Below, in pieces: positions 53,177-63,342 of a DNA stretch of 64,000 bases. Made by a program: the position numbers and the translations under genes. The notes under the pieces were generated by a model that worked only from the letters and a program-made list of their open reading frames with translations, was not told where the DNA came from and made no database searches. How positions within the stretch are numbered: the first letter of the stretch is position 1; each line of letters opens with the position of its first letter. Location of the stretch: assembly GCA_965218435.1 (NCBI GenBank), contig CBDCKW010000009.1, forward strand, positions 2,944,001-3,008,000, read 5' to 3'. The DNA comes from Truepera sp. (lineage in GTDB: Bacteria > Deinococcota > Deinococci > Deinococcales > Trueperaceae).

Positions 53177-54157
53177 ATGGCTGAACCTGTCCGCTGGGGC
53201 ATTTTAGGAACGGGTAACATCGCTCGGCAGTTTGCCGGAGGGCTCGCTGAGTTGCCGGACGCTCAGCTCGTTGGGATCGGCTCGAGAACTCTCGAGACGG
53301 CCCAAGCTTTCGCCACGACGTTTGGCGCTGCTCACGCTCACGGCAGCTACCACGCGTTAGCCGCAGACCTGGATATAGACGTGGTTTACATTGCGACGCC
53401 GCATACCCTGCACGCTGAAAATAGTCTGCTCTGTTTAGAAGCGGGCAAAGCGGTGCTTTGTGAAAAGCCCTTTACCCTTAACGCGGCTCAGGCACAGACT
53501 GTGGTAGACAGCGCCAGGGATAAAGCATTATTCCTGATGGAGGCGATGTGGACGCGCTTTTTTCCACTGTTTAAGACGCTTCGTGACCTTCGAAAGGGAC
53601 AGATCGGAGAACCCAGACTTTTACAGGCTGACTTTGGGATTGTAAGTCCGGTAGTCCAGAACCGCCTCTTTGACCCGGCTTTGGGAGGTGGGGCGCTGCT
53701 CGATGTGGGCGTCTATCCGGTCTCGCTCGCGTCGTACTTGTTAGGTACGCCGACGGCGGTCTCGAGCCGCGCCCACTTAGGCGCAACGGGCGTTGATGAA
53801 CAAAATGCCGTTATCCTAGAGCATCAGGGCGGCGCACTCGCGGTTCTCAGCTCGGCGATTCGCGCAGAAACGCCGCAAGAGGCGCTCATCGTGGGAACAG
53901 AAGGGAGCATCCGGGTGTGCGCTCCGTGGTGGCAACCCACGAGGATAATTTTAGCGAATAAAGACGGCGAAGAGACGTTTAGCTCGCCTCTCCCACACAA
54001 CGGGTACGCGTACGAGGCCGCCGAGGTCATGCGTTGTCTGAGAGAGGGGTTGCTCGAGAGTCCTCTCATGCCGTTAGCTGAAACGCTCAGTATCATGCAC
54101 ACACTCGATACCTGCCGCACTCAGTGGGGGCTGCGTTATCCAGGGGAATCCGAGTAA
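53177..54157 (+). CDS. Gfo/Idh/MocA oxidoreductase
   Basis: WGILGTGNIA, LCEKP, EAMWTRF, GGGALLDVGVY. Confidence 0.92.
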   Translation: MAEPVRWGILGTGNIARQFAGGLAELPDAQLVGIGSRTLETAQAFATTFGAAHAHGSYHALAADLDIDVVYIATPHTLHAENSLLCLEAGKAVLCEKPFTLNAAQAQTVVDSARDKALFLMEAMWTRFFPLFKTLRDLRKGQIGEPRLLQADFGIVSPVVQNRLFDPALGGGALLDVGVYPVSLASYLLGTPTAVSSRAHLGATGVDEQNAVILEHQGGALAVLSSAIRAETPQEALIVGTEGSIRVCAPWWQPTRIILANKDGEETFSSPLPHNGYAYEAAEVMRCLREGLLESPLMPLAETLSIMHTLDTCRTQWGLRYPGESE

Positions 54158-54163
54158 ACGTAG

Positions 54164-54463
54164 TTAGCGCCCTGTAGGAGTTGCCGCGGCGTCTCCGACG
54201 ACCGTTGTCCAAGGGCGTACACGCCACGCAGTTACGAGTCCGCCGCGGACATACGGGTCAGCTTCGGCGAACCGCTCGGCAACCTCGGGCTTGTCACCTT
54301 GAAAAAGTAACACGGCGCTGTCTACCGGGTCGGTCAGTGCGCCAGCTAAGATCAGCTTGCCCTCAGCTTGAGCGTCCCAAGCGAGGCGGAGGTGCTCGGC
54401 GCGAAACTCACTGCGGCGCTCGAGGTAATCCGGGGCCAGGTCGTAAAAAAGGAGATAGTGCAT
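54164..54463 (-). CDS. YciI-like protein
   Basis: RAEHL, LAGAL, FAEADPYV..GLV. Confidence 0.88.
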   Translation of the reverse strand: MHYLLFYDLAPDYLERRSEFRAEHLRLAWDAQAEGKLILAGALTDPVDSAVLLFQGDKPEVAERFAEADPYVRGGLVTAWRVRPWTTVVGDAAATPTGR

Positions 54464-54466
54464 TCC

Positions 54467-55483
54467 CTACCCTACCGCCGCCGGGACACGTCTGGGTTTG
54501 CGGAAAGTGATATTTTCCCACTCGCCGTGTTCAACAACCTCTAAAGCTCTGTTTTGCGCTTGAAAATAGCTGACCAGCTCTTGTACCAGGTTGTCCGGCG
54601 TTGAGGCCGCCGAGGTGACGCCGACCGCACGTACCCCGCGGAACCATTCAGGTTGCAGGTCGGCGGCGCTCTCGATCCGTTTGGCGTTGCCGGTCAGGTC
54701 TTGGGCCAACTCCAGCAGCCGCATCCCGTTTGACGAGTAGTCACTGGTCACGACCAAAAACATGTCTACGTTGGGGGCGATCTTGCGCACCGCGTCCTGC
54801 CGGTTTTTGGTCGCGTAACAGAGATCGTCCGAAGGCGGAATGACGAGGGCCGGAAACCGGGTTTGGAGGATCGCAACCGTTTTGGCCACGTCGTCTACCG
54901 AGAGCGTCGTCTGGGTCAAGACGACGACCTTTTCGGGATTTGCGACAGTGACGGTCTCCGGGTCGGCCAAATCGGGGTCGTGTTTGCGGTTGCCGACGAC
55001 GCTCACCACCGTGGTCGCGTCCGGCGCTTCACCCTTGGTTCCGACGACCTCTTGATGGCGGCTCGAGTCCCCGATCAGCAAGATATGAAACCCTTCACGC
55101 GCATACTTTTTAGCTTCAGAATGAACTTTAGTCACGAGCGGACAGGTCGCGTCAATGGTCGCTAAGCCCAGCACCCGCGCACCCTGCCGGACGGCCGGAC
55201 TCACGCCGTGAGCGGAAAAAACCACCGTGTCGGCGAGCGGTTCACCGGAGGCTAGAGCCTTTTCCCTCAGCGGCCCCAGCTCACTGAGTTCTTCGACAAA
55301 GTGAACGCCGTGCTCGGCACCCAAACGCCCGACCACCGTATCGTTATGAACGATGGCGTGATAGACCGCCAGGCTCTCGCCGTGTGTACCGAGGTCCGCT
55401 GCGGCCTCCTCTACAGCCTGAATCGCCATCACCACGCCCGCACAAAAGCCTCGAGGTTTCGCTAAATAGAGCGTCTCAACCAT
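54467..55483 (-). CDS. ispH: 4-hydroxy-3-methylbut-2-enyl diphosphate reductase
   Basis: [32 protein letters not shown]. Confidence 0.95.
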   Translation of the reverse strand: MVETLYLAKPRGFCAGVVMAIQAVEEAAADLGTHGESLAVYHAIVHNDTVVGRLGAEHGVHFVEELSELGPLREKALASGEPLADTVVFSAHGVSPAVRQGARVLGLATIDATCPLVTKVHSEAKKYAREGFHILLIGDSSRHQEVVGTKGEAPDATTVVSVVGNRKHDPDLADPETVTVANPEKVVVLTQTTLSVDDVAKTVAILQTRFPALVIPPSDDLCYATKNRQDAVRKIAPNVDMFLVVTSDYSSNGMRLLELAQDLTGNAKRIESAADLQPEWFRGVRAVGVTSAASTPDNLVQELVSYFQAQNRALEVVEHGEWENITFRKPRRVPAAVG

Positions 55484-55501
55484 GCTTTACTATACCGGTC
55501 G

Positions 55502-56671
55502 CTAGCTTGCAGCCTCGTCAGGCGAGTTTTGAGCAGCTCGAGCGGCTTCTGCTTCATCTTTGCGTTCCGCCACCTCAGCAGCGGCGTCAGCGGTCGTCCA
55601 GCCCTGCGCTAGCGCGTGCTCGGCGGCGGCAGCGGTGTCTTGGGTCAACATCAGGGTGCTGCCGTCCGCCCCCAGCTTACGGGCAAGTTTTTGCACGCTC
55701 TCGCGCCGCTCGGCGTCCGCCACATCGCGGATATAGATGCCTAAAATACGCCCCGGAAAATCGTGTACGACTTCGTGATAGATTTCCGGGTCTTCTTGTC
55801 CGGAGTCGCCGATCAGGATAAAGGGCAGCTTTGGATACGTCTCTAAAATTTGGCGAATCGCCGCCTTTTTGTGCTCGCCGTGTGTGGTCGGTAACAGTTC
55901 GGTGGCGCTGACGCCCCAGTCGCGGAGCAAAATCGGGCCGAGCGGAATCCGGTTAAGTGCCAGAAACTCGGTCAGCACGTCGTAGAGGTTCCAGGGACTC
56001 GAGGACACGTAAAAAAGTGGGTTACGCGTCCCGGCACTGCCGCGTCCCAGCGCCTCGTAAAAGGCTGCGACACCCTCGAAGGGGAGCCGCGTATAGGCGT
56101 TGCCGAACAGCACCTGTTTAGCTAAACTGCGGAGGCTCGTCGCGCCGGTCTGCAGTACGGTGTCGTCAATGTCGCTGATGACGCCGAACTGCGCGTCCGC
56201 TGGGGGAATGAGGATAGACGCCTCGGCGCGGACCGGCGGGGTGCGTTTGGGATGGGTGAGCTCGAGCTCCAGCGTCAGCAGCTGATCGTCAGGTTCGACG
56301 TTAGAGACGGCTGACGTGGGCGGTTCTACCCCCGGAAGTTCAAGCCAGTGAGCGATATGCCCCTCTTCGTCGGTTTGTAACGGTGCCTGAAAATCCGGCG
56401 CAGCCGCCAACGTCACGAGCAGTTCAGCGTCCGCCACCTCACCGCTAAGGAAGCGTTTCCAAGTATTTTTGAGGTTGTCCCAAGCCGAGTCCTGCTCAGT
56501 TGCAGCGGCAATCCCCCTATCCGCTAACACGCGGCCCAAGACAAACGCCCGCCCCGGTACGCCGTAACCTAAGTAAGTTTGAATCAGCAAGCGGTCATCG
56601 TCGTCAACCCTTGAAAAAGCCCGGTCAACCTGCGTTTCGGCTTGGTAGATAAGTTTGTGCCAACGTGACAT
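55502..56671 (-). CDS. App1/DUF2183-family phosphatase, paralog 1
   Basis: ISDIDDT, YVSSSPWNLY, LIGDSGQEDPEIY. Confidence 0.88.
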   Translation of the reverse strand: MSRWHKLIYQAETQVDRAFSRVDDDDRLLIQTYLGYGVPGRAFVLGRVLADRGIAAATEQDSAWDNLKNTWKRFLSGEVADAELLVTLAAAPDFQAPLQTDEEGHIAHWLELPGVEPPTSAVSNVEPDDQLLTLELELTHPKRTPPVRAEASILIPPADAQFGVISDIDDTVLQTGATSLRSLAKQVLFGNAYTRLPFEGVAAFYEALGRGSAGTRNPLFYVSSSPWNLYDVLTEFLALNRIPLGPILLRDWGVSATELLPTTHGEHKKAAIRQILETYPKLPFILIGDSGQEDPEIYHEVVHDFPGRILGIYIRDVADAERRESVQKLARKLGADGSTLMLTQDTAAAAEHALAQGWTTADAAAEVAERKDEAEAARAAQNSPDEAAS

Positions 56672-56704
56672 CTCAGCTCCAGCTCTAAACGTTATGGGAT
56701 GGTG

Positions 56705-57955
56705 TTACTTCTTCTCGCGCGTGGTTACTACGGTTACCGAGGCGCGCACCGTTTCAGAATCCGCTACAACTTGGGTCGGCTCGTTGGACGGCCCGAAGGC
56801 GGCGTCCAAAAAGGTTGTGTCGCGCTCTTTTTGGACGCGCACCTCCTCGAGCGCAGCCTCACCTATCCAGCCCTGGGTAAAGGCGTGTTGCGCGGCGGCT
56901 AAGGTGTCGCCGACCAAAACGAGCTGACTACCCTGCTCTTTAACACGCTGCGCGAGCGCCTCGACCGCGCCCCGCCGCGCCTCACCGCTGACGTTACGAA
57001 TATAGATCGCTAAAATACGCCCCGGATAATGCTCGACGATCTCACCGTAGATTTCGGGGTCTTGCTCCCCGGAGTCGCCGATCAAAATAAAAGGCAAGTC
57101 GGGAAAGGTATCTAAAATACGTTTGATCTCGTGCTGCTTAAACGCGCCGTGTTCACCCGGAAACAGCTCACCGGTACCGCCGCGCCAAGCCCGCAGGTTA
57201 AGGGGTCCTAACGGAATCTGTCCGAGGGTAAGAAACTCTAAGAGCAGGTCGTAAAGGTTCCAGGGACTCGACGACACGTAAAAGAGTGGGTTATGGGCCG
57301 CGCCGCGCCCCTGCTCGAGCGCCCGGTAAAAGGCCGCCACGCCGCGAAACGGTAGCCGCGTATGGGCGTTACCGAAGAGCACCGCACCTGCAACGCGCAC
57401 CCAGCGCGTGACGTCGGTCTGCACGACGGTGTCGTCCATATCGCTGATCACGCCGAACTGCGCGTCGGCCTCCGGCACGAGCACCCGCCCGACCGCCTCG
57501 TCTGCCTCGACGCCCTTTCGCTGGGGTGACAGCAGTGTATAGCTGACCTCGGCCCACCCCGCCGGAACCGCCTCAGGGAGCGTGAGACGCCCCTTAAAGT
57601 AGCCCTGCGCGTCAGCCCCCAGTTCTCCCTCCCCGCCCGGATAGACGACCTTGAGGCGGGCATTGGGCACTTTATCGCTGACAAACCGTTTGTACGTATC
57701 TGAAAAGTTGCGCCAGCGGCTCGCGTCGGGGGTTGCTAACGTAAGGCCCTTGTCTTCGATCACCCGGCCCCGGATAAAGAGCTCGGTCGGGGTTCCGAAA
57801 CTTAGGTAAGGCACGATTTCAAAGGGGCGCTTCGAACGGAAGCGGCCAAGCTTGCGGAAGGTTCTGAAGTCGCGCTCGAGACCCAGCACAAACCCGGTGA
57901 GCATTCTTTTCGCCCGCCGCACCACGCTTTGTGCCACCATAGCCCTAGCCACCAC
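56705..57955 (-). CDS. App1/DUF2183-family phosphatase, paralog 2 (start uncertain)
   Basis: ISDMDDT, YVSSSPWNLY, LIGDSGEQDPEIY. Confidence 0.88.
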   Translation of the reverse strand: MVARAMVAQSVVRRAKRMLTGFVLGLERDFRTFRKLGRFRSKRPFEIVPYLSFGTPTELFIRGRVIEDKGLTLATPDASRWRNFSDTYKRFVSDKVPNARLKVVYPGGEGELGADAQGYFKGRLTLPEAVPAGWAEVSYTLLSPQRKGVEADEAVGRVLVPEADAQFGVISDMDDTVVQTDVTRWVRVAGAVLFGNAHTRLPFRGVAAFYRALEQGRGAAHNPLFYVSSSPWNLYDLLLEFLTLGQIPLGPLNLRAWRGGTGELFPGEHGAFKQHEIKRILDTFPDLPFILIGDSGEQDPEIYGEIVEHYPGRILAIYIRNVSGEARRGAVEALAQRVKEQGSQLVLVGDTLAAAQHAFTQGWIGEAALEEVRVQKERDTTFLDAAFGPSNEPTQVVADSETVRASVTVVTTREKK

Positions 57956-58207
57956 TCAAGGAGTCAGGGCGTTCCTGCTTACAAGCTCTCACGAACTCAA
58001 TATACTCGTTTCGGCGCAACGAAACGTTACTGAAATATGCAAATGGGGTCAGTCCCTATAACCCGAATAAGGTAGCGCGGAGGTTTGCCTTCGTACCTTG
58101 ACCATCACCGTCACCCCGTGATAGGCTTTTTTGCCTGGTGGTCAACGCCACGATAGGCCCAGGGCCGGTGCCCGTAGCCCAGACGTTCGGTTTAGAACCG
58201 TAACCGC

Positions 58208-58284
58208 GGGCGATTAGCTCAGTTGGTTAGAGCGCGTCGCTGATAACGACGAGGTCAGTGGTTCAAATCCACTATCGCCCACCA
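58208..58284 (+). tRNA. tRNA-Ile(GAT)
   Basis: GGGCGAT..ATCGCCC-ACCA acceptor stem, TAGCTCAGTTGG D arm, CGTCG-CTGATAA-CGACG anticodon arm, GTTCAAATC T arm. Confidence 0.97.
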
Positions 58285-58285
58285 T

Positions 58286-58311
58286 AGTCCCGCCGTAAAA
58301 AGCGGGATTTT
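58286..58311 (+). terminator. Terminator after the tRNA
   Basis: AGTCCCGC-CGTAAAAA-GCGGGATTTT. Confidence 0.7.
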
Positions 58312-58591
58312 TGCTCTGTGGTTCTGTGTTTTGTGGCGGGGAGAGCCCGGTAGATGTCCAGCAATTTTCAGTCAGGGATGCGTAGCACGCGCTTTCAAAC
58401 TATCAAGCCGACCCAAGCGACTGCCAAGGTCGCGTAAGCTATGTCGGTTCGTAGGACTCGAGTGTCCCTAATCTGAGAGTTTCAAGTAGGGTCTGTACTT
58501 TTTAAGGCTCACGGTAAATATCAAGCGCGGCAGTTAGTCAATTCTGACCTGTCTACCGCGCCAGGTTTCTTGTTAACTCTTAGGCCAAGCT

Positions 58592-59572
58592 TTAAGCCGT
58601 CATCATACGCCGTCTAAGGCGGGGCCGCCACACCTTGAGGTACTGCGCCGTCACGTATGAACCGGCGACGAGCAGCGCGGCGGCGGACTGCGCAACGAGC
58701 CCCTCGACATTGGGAAATACCGCAAACCACATCCCCCACCACGCCGGGAAGTGAACGTTTAGCTCAGTCGTCGGCAGCCAGTGCGCGAGTTGCAATTCTT
58801 GCACGCTTTCACCGACCATCACGATCAGCACGGCACCTAACATCACGCCGGTTAAAACCAGCATTTTTTTGTACGGCAGATGCTGATGCATGACAAAGGT
58901 CAGCACGGCGACGATAGCGGTTAAAAAGAGGCCGATGGCGACACCTTGTAAAATAGCGCTGCCCCCCGCTCTAAGCCGTAAATTTTGCAAAAACAACACG
59001 ACTTCAAAACCTTCACGGTACACCGCGGTAAACCCGAGCAGCAGCAACCCGCCGAAGACACCTCTCGAGGTTCCTGCGGTCGTCAATTCCTGTTTGCGGC
59101 GGTTGTGGTGCGAAATCCAGCCGGTCCAGTAGATTTTGTGAAAAAACCAGTTCATGATAATGAGCAAGACGACTATCGCCAAAAGTCCGGTGGCGGCCTG
59201 AATGTCGAGTTCAGACAAGGGGATAATAGAAATCAGCGCGACGACTAAAAACCAGGTGGCGAGCGTCGCTAACAGCGAAAGCCCGGAGCCCAGCGCCACC
59301 GGTTTCCAGTACGCTTGCTGTTTGCGCACCATACTTGCAGTGATGGCGGCTAACACCAAAATCGCCTCTAAACCTTCCCGAAAGACCAAAATTCCGGTGT
59401 TAACCACCGCAGTCGTGGCGCTCAGGTTGGCGGCGCTGGGGTCGGGGTTACCCTCGGCGGTCACACCCTGCCACACGAGCACACCGAAAACGAGCAGTGC
59501 GCCTAAAACGACGAACACGTTAAAGGCAGGGTTTTGCCGACTGCTGGGCTTGGCCAGGAGTTTAGTTCGCAT
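58592..59572 (-). CDS. FTR1-family iron permease
   Basis: Two RExxE motifs (REGLE, REGFE) and multiple TM segments. Confidence 0.88.
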   Translation of the reverse strand: MRTKLLAKPSSRQNPAFNVFVVLGALLVFGVLVWQGVTAEGNPDPSAANLSATTAVVNTGILVFREGLEAILVLAAITASMVRKQQAYWKPVALGSGLSLLATLATWFLVVALISIIPLSELDIQAATGLLAIVVLLIIMNWFFHKIYWTGWISHHNRRKQELTTAGTSRGVFGGLLLLGFTAVYREGFEVVLFLQNLRLRAGGSAILQGVAIGLFLTAIVAVLTFVMHQHLPYKKMLVLTGVMLGAVLIVMVGESVQELQLAHWLPTTELNVHFPAWWGMWFAVFPNVEGLVAQSAAALLVAGSYVTAQYLKVWRPRLRRRMMTA

Positions 59573-59820
59573 AACGAAGCGTCCAACCTAGAGAAACCAT
59601 GACTCTCCTAAAACCGTAGGGGTCGGTTGTCAGCGGCGCTAACAACCCTTGCTGAAGTATAGAAGCGTTAAACCCGAGTGTCAAGGTCGGAAATGGAAAT
59701 CGGGTCGGGATGGAGGGTTAGACACCCACAGATAGACACCTGTAGAGACGTACCGCCTCAGGTAGAGCAGCGCCGTCAAACTAACTCTGCGCATCTCTAC
59801 GTAACTTGCCCACCCACGGC

Positions 59821-61020
59821 TTAACTACCAAAAACAGCGCGTTTACCGCCCAGCTCGAGGTCAACGGTCACTACACTACCGCCTCGCTGAACTTCTACGG
59901 CGACCGTCTGCCCGACCTGCCTGCGGCGCAACACGCTGATGAGCGCCTCAGCAGTCGGCGTCCGCTCGCCGTCTACCGAGACGATGACGTCGGCGGCAAG
60001 CTGCATGTCATTAAACCCTTGGCTGAGCGCCGCGTCGTGCAAACCCGCCTTAGCCGCAGGACCGTTCGGCGCGACCTTGCCGACGATCACCCCCGGTAAG
60101 GGGCCAAGCTCGAGCCCATTCGAAACAGCCGGGTCGTAATCGGTCAGACCTTGCAAGCCGATCTCAAAACCGATCACCGGCACGTCGCGCTGCTCACCGG
60201 CGCGCAGCCCCGCCAAGACCGTACTGTCAGCAACAATAGGCACCGCGTAGGCGGCGTAACCGTCGTCCGGAAACAGCTGCCGCTCTAAAAGCGGCAACAG
60301 CCCCGGCCCCGACACCGTATGCGGCGGCGTAAAGGCGATATAACTGACGACGCCGACCGCGTTCCCGGACTCGTCTACAACCGGCCCCCCCGAATCGCCG
60401 GGGGCGAGCGCGGCGGTCAGCTCAAAGGTTCCGTCGGCAAAATTCGCCTGCACTGCCCGAACGTTTAAGCGGCGCACCTTCCCGGCGCGCCCCTGCAAAA
60501 AGTCGCCTCGGCTGTTGCCAATCGCCACCACGTCGCTGCCGACCACCGGCTCGAGTGGTGACACGTTTAGATAAGGCACATGTTTAGCGCCGACCGCCCG
60601 TAAGAGCGCGAGGTCGCGGTAAGCGTCAAAGCCGACGAGCTCGAGCCGGTAGCGTCGTCCGCCGGGGCTGAGCGCAGTCAACACTGCTTTACCGGGGAGG
60701 TTTGGGTCTACATCAACGACGTGATAAGCCGTCAGTACGAGACCGTCCGGCGAGATAAAAAAGCCGCTGCCAACGCCGAGCGGTGCGCCGGAAAAAGCCA
60801 GCAGGCTCGAGCCGACGTCAATTTGTAAGGTAGCCGGACGTTTTGTAACGAACGTTTTTAAGAGGCCCCCCCGAGGCGGCACTACGTCCGGCAGCTCCGG
60901 CACACTGTACTGCACCAAACTCGCTTCGCGGGGCGGCGCGGGGTAAAACTCATAAAAAGCGAAGGTGGCCGCGAGCAGCAGCAACAACAAAAGAAGTCGG
61001 AGCGGGTTCAAACGCCTCAT
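59821..61020 (-). CDS. S1C (HtrA-like) serine protease with PDZ domain
   Basis: GSGFFI..LTAYHVV, DLALL, PGDSGGP, C-terminal PAAKAGL. Confidence 0.9.
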   Translation of the reverse strand: MRRLNPLRLLLLLLLLAATFAFYEFYPAPPREASLVQYSVPELPDVVPPRGGLLKTFVTKRPATLQIDVGSSLLAFSGAPLGVGSGFFISPDGLVLTAYHVVDVDPNLPGKAVLTALSPGGRRYRLELVGFDAYRDLALLRAVGAKHVPYLNVSPLEPVVGSDVVAIGNSRGDFLQGRAGKVRRLNVRAVQANFADGTFELTAALAPGDSGGPVVDESGNAVGVVSYIAFTPPHTVSGPGLLPLLERQLFPDDGYAAYAVPIVADSTVLAGLRAGEQRDVPVIGFEIGLQGLTDYDPAVSNGLELGPLPGVIVGKVAPNGPAAKAGLHDAALSQGFNDMQLAADVIVSVDGERTPTAEALISVLRRRQVGQTVAVEVQRGGSVVTVDLELGGKRAVFGS

Positions 61021-61193
61021 AGGGAGTGTGGCACCTTTCGTGTACAGGCTCTGCCCAAACGCTTTTTGAAAAACCCCGAAAAGCGCACTGCTCGAGCACC
61101 TAAAGTAAGTGCAGCTTACCGCCCCGGAGGGCGCAGAACTGTCAGCTACCGGGCGAACGAAAGCTACCTATAACTTGACATCAGCTCGCGAGT

Positions 61194-61227
61194 ATGAAAA
61201 AGTAGTTACACGTAACGAGCGTTTCAT
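61194..61227. promoter_or_regulatory. Palindromic operator upstream of the TetR gene
   Basis: ATGAAA..GTTAC-AC-GTAAC..TTTCAT. Confidence 0.55.
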
Positions 61228-61229
61228 TT

Positions 61230-61778
61230 ATGGGTAGAGATTTGGACCCCACCATCAAAACGTCGCTGCTCGAGAAGATTCTCGAGTACCTACTAGCAAA
61301 CGGTGTTCATGGCCTAAGCCTGCGTCCTCTCGGGGACGCTATCGGAACGAATGCAAGAATGCTTATCTATCACTTTGGCTCTAAAGAGCAGCTCATCGTC
61401 GAGACACTGCGGCTTGCGCAACGAGAACAGCTCGCGGCTCTTAGCAGCAGCCCTAGACCTGAGCCAAGCCGCCAAGCTGAGCTAACGTCGCTTTGGCACC
61501 TGTTTACTTCAGACGACTTCTTGCCTTTTGTCAAGCTTTTGTTTGAGGTCGAGGTCGAGGCGATAAACGGCAATGCTCTTTACGTTTCGTTTGCACGCCA
61601 GATGCTGGGCGGCTGGGTCAGCTTCGTACAAAGCCGTTTAGACTGCGACGCTACGACCGCGAACTTTATCGTCAACGCTTTTTCGGGTTTACTTCTCGAC
61701 CGACTCGTTACGAACGACGCCCAACGCATAGACGCTTCATTCGAAGCTTTCGCAGCTCTACTAGACAAAGGAGATTGA
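61230..61778 (+). CDS. TetR-family regulator
   Basis: LSLRPLGDAIGTNARMLIYHFGSKEQL. Confidence 0.9.
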   Translation: MGRDLDPTIKTSLLEKILEYLLANGVHGLSLRPLGDAIGTNARMLIYHFGSKEQLIVETLRLAQREQLAALSSSPRPEPSRQAELTSLWHLFTSDDFLPFVKLLFEVEVEAINGNALYVSFARQMLGGWVSFVQSRLDCDATTANFIVNAFSGLLLDRLVTNDAQRIDASFEAFAALLDKGD

Positions 61779-61783
61779 GGAGT

Positions 61784-62179
61784 ATGACTACGTTAAGTAA
61801 CGCCCAAAAGCTAGGCTCGGTAGCGGTCGGGGTATCGCTATGGTTTATCTTTATCTTCGTCGTGCGGGCGATTCCTTGGGTTTTTGACGGTGGTATCAGA
61901 AGCGCGCTGTTATTTTTGCTGACCGTCCCGCTGACTTACGGTTTTGTGGTGTTCTTAAAAAAGGCTGTCTCGCTCACGCCACAAACCGTCTTTGCAGGTG
62001 CAGCGATAGCAACGACTGCCGCCCTACTGTTAGACGGCCTTGTGTTTACCTTTGTCAGCCACTGGTACGGCAATACTGAGGAGCATATCAGATACGGGGC
62101 AGGCTTTATTCTCTGGGGCGCAGGAATGGGTATGCTCATCGCCTGGTTTAGATACACGCCTAGCGCCGATAAAGCATAA
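61784..62179 (+). CDS. Small 4-TM membrane protein (DUF5367-like)
   Basis: Four hydrophobic segments, ALLLDG, ILWGAG; GAGGAG SD. Confidence 0.7.
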   Translation: MTTLSNAQKLGSVAVGVSLWFIFIFVVRAIPWVFDGGIRSALLFLLTVPLTYGFVVFLKKAVSLTPQTVFAGAAIATTAALLLDGLVFTFVSHWYGNTEEHIRYGAGFILWGAGMGMLIAWFRYTPSADKA

Positions 62180-62229
62180 ATTAAGCCGTTCGCTATTGTG
62201 AAGTCATCTAAGCTAGGTATAGTCGCGTT

Positions 62230-63342
62230 ATGACCTCGAGCCCCACCCCTCAGCAATCAAGTCAGAGCCCAAATAATCAGGGCGAAACTGATTATCCGGG
62301 CCGCATCGCCGACATCGCACAGGTGTTGCAACGTTGGGGCGGTCCTATCGTGCTAGCCACCCACGTAGACCCCGACGGCGACGCGCTCGGCAGTGCGCTC
62401 GCGCTTAAACGGGCGCTGGCCACGCTGGGCAAAGAGACGCTGCTCCCGTGCTCGCCGCCGCAGTACCTCACATTTTTAGCCCAGCCCGGCGAACTTTCAG
62501 CGCCGCTTGCGACCCTGCCGGATGGGGCGCTCGTCTTCGTGCTCGACGTCGAGGTCAGCGTGCGGCTCGCGGGCGTCCCGGTAGAAGACACAACTGTAAC
62601 GGGCGCAGCTTATACCGTCGTCTTAGACCATCACGGGACGAACAACCGCGCGGGTGACCTCGTGTGTGTGCAGCCGAGCGCCGCAGCGACCGCGCAGATG
62701 GCTAAAGACGTGATTGACGCGCTCCCGGTGACGTGGACGCCCGAGCTGGCGACGCCCTGTTTAACGGGTTTACTGACCGATACCGGCAACTTCCGCTACA
62801 CCAATACGACCCCCGAAGTGCTCCGCGCCGCCGCCGATTTGCTCATAGAAGGCGTAGATTATGCGGAGCTCAACGACCGTTTGGCGTGGCGGCACCCCGA
62901 CTATTTTCGGATGCTCGGCAAGGTGATGAGCACCGCGAGCTTTCCTTTGGGCGGACTCGTCGCCTACGCTGAGATCACCCAGGCGATGAGAGACGAAATC
63001 GGCCCGACCGATGACGACTCGAGCGACTACGTGGGGCTGATTCGTTACGCGGCGGGCAGCGTCGTGGCGCTCTTTTTACGTGAAGAAACCGAGGACGCCG
63101 CCGAGCCCAAGGTCAAAGTGTCGGTGCGGGCCAGAGATGACGTCTCGGCGCAAGCGATCTGTGTGGCGTTAGGCGGCGGCGGCCACGTCGCGGCGGCGGG
63201 CGCAACCCTGCGTGTGGGTTTGGCACAAGCCAGGACGCAGGTTTTAGACGCCGTACGCGCCGAACTCGGCCGCGCAGGGTACGACGTACCGACCCAAGGT
63301 ACTGCGGACCTAAGGTACCGCGACCCAAGGCTGAGCGGTTAA
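62230..63342 (+). CDS. nrnA: DHH-family oligoribonuclease/PAP phosphatase
   Basis: HVDPDGDALGS, LDHH, TDTGNF, GGGGHVAAAG. Confidence 0.88.
   Translation: MTSSPTPQQSSQSPNNQGETDYPGRIADIAQVLQRWGGPIVLATHVDPDGDALGSALALKRALATLGKETLLPCSPPQYLTFLAQPGELSAPLATLPDGALVFVLDVEVSVRLAGVPVEDTTVTGAAYTVVLDHHGTNNRAGDLVCVQPSAAATAQMAKDVIDALPVTWTPELATPCLTGLLTDTGNFRYTNTTPEVLRAAADLLIEGVDYAELNDRLAWRHPDYFRMLGKVMSTASFPLGGLVAYAEITQAMRDEIGPTDDDSSDYVGLIRYAAGSVVALFLREETEDAAEPKVKVSVRARDDVSAQAICVALGGGGHVAAAGATLRVGLAQARTQVLDAVRAELGRAGYDVPTQGTADLRYRDPRLSG

Noticed and set aside
58133..58200. GCCTGGTGG start resembling 5S rRNA
   Set aside because: Too short and lacks the conserved 5S internal motifs
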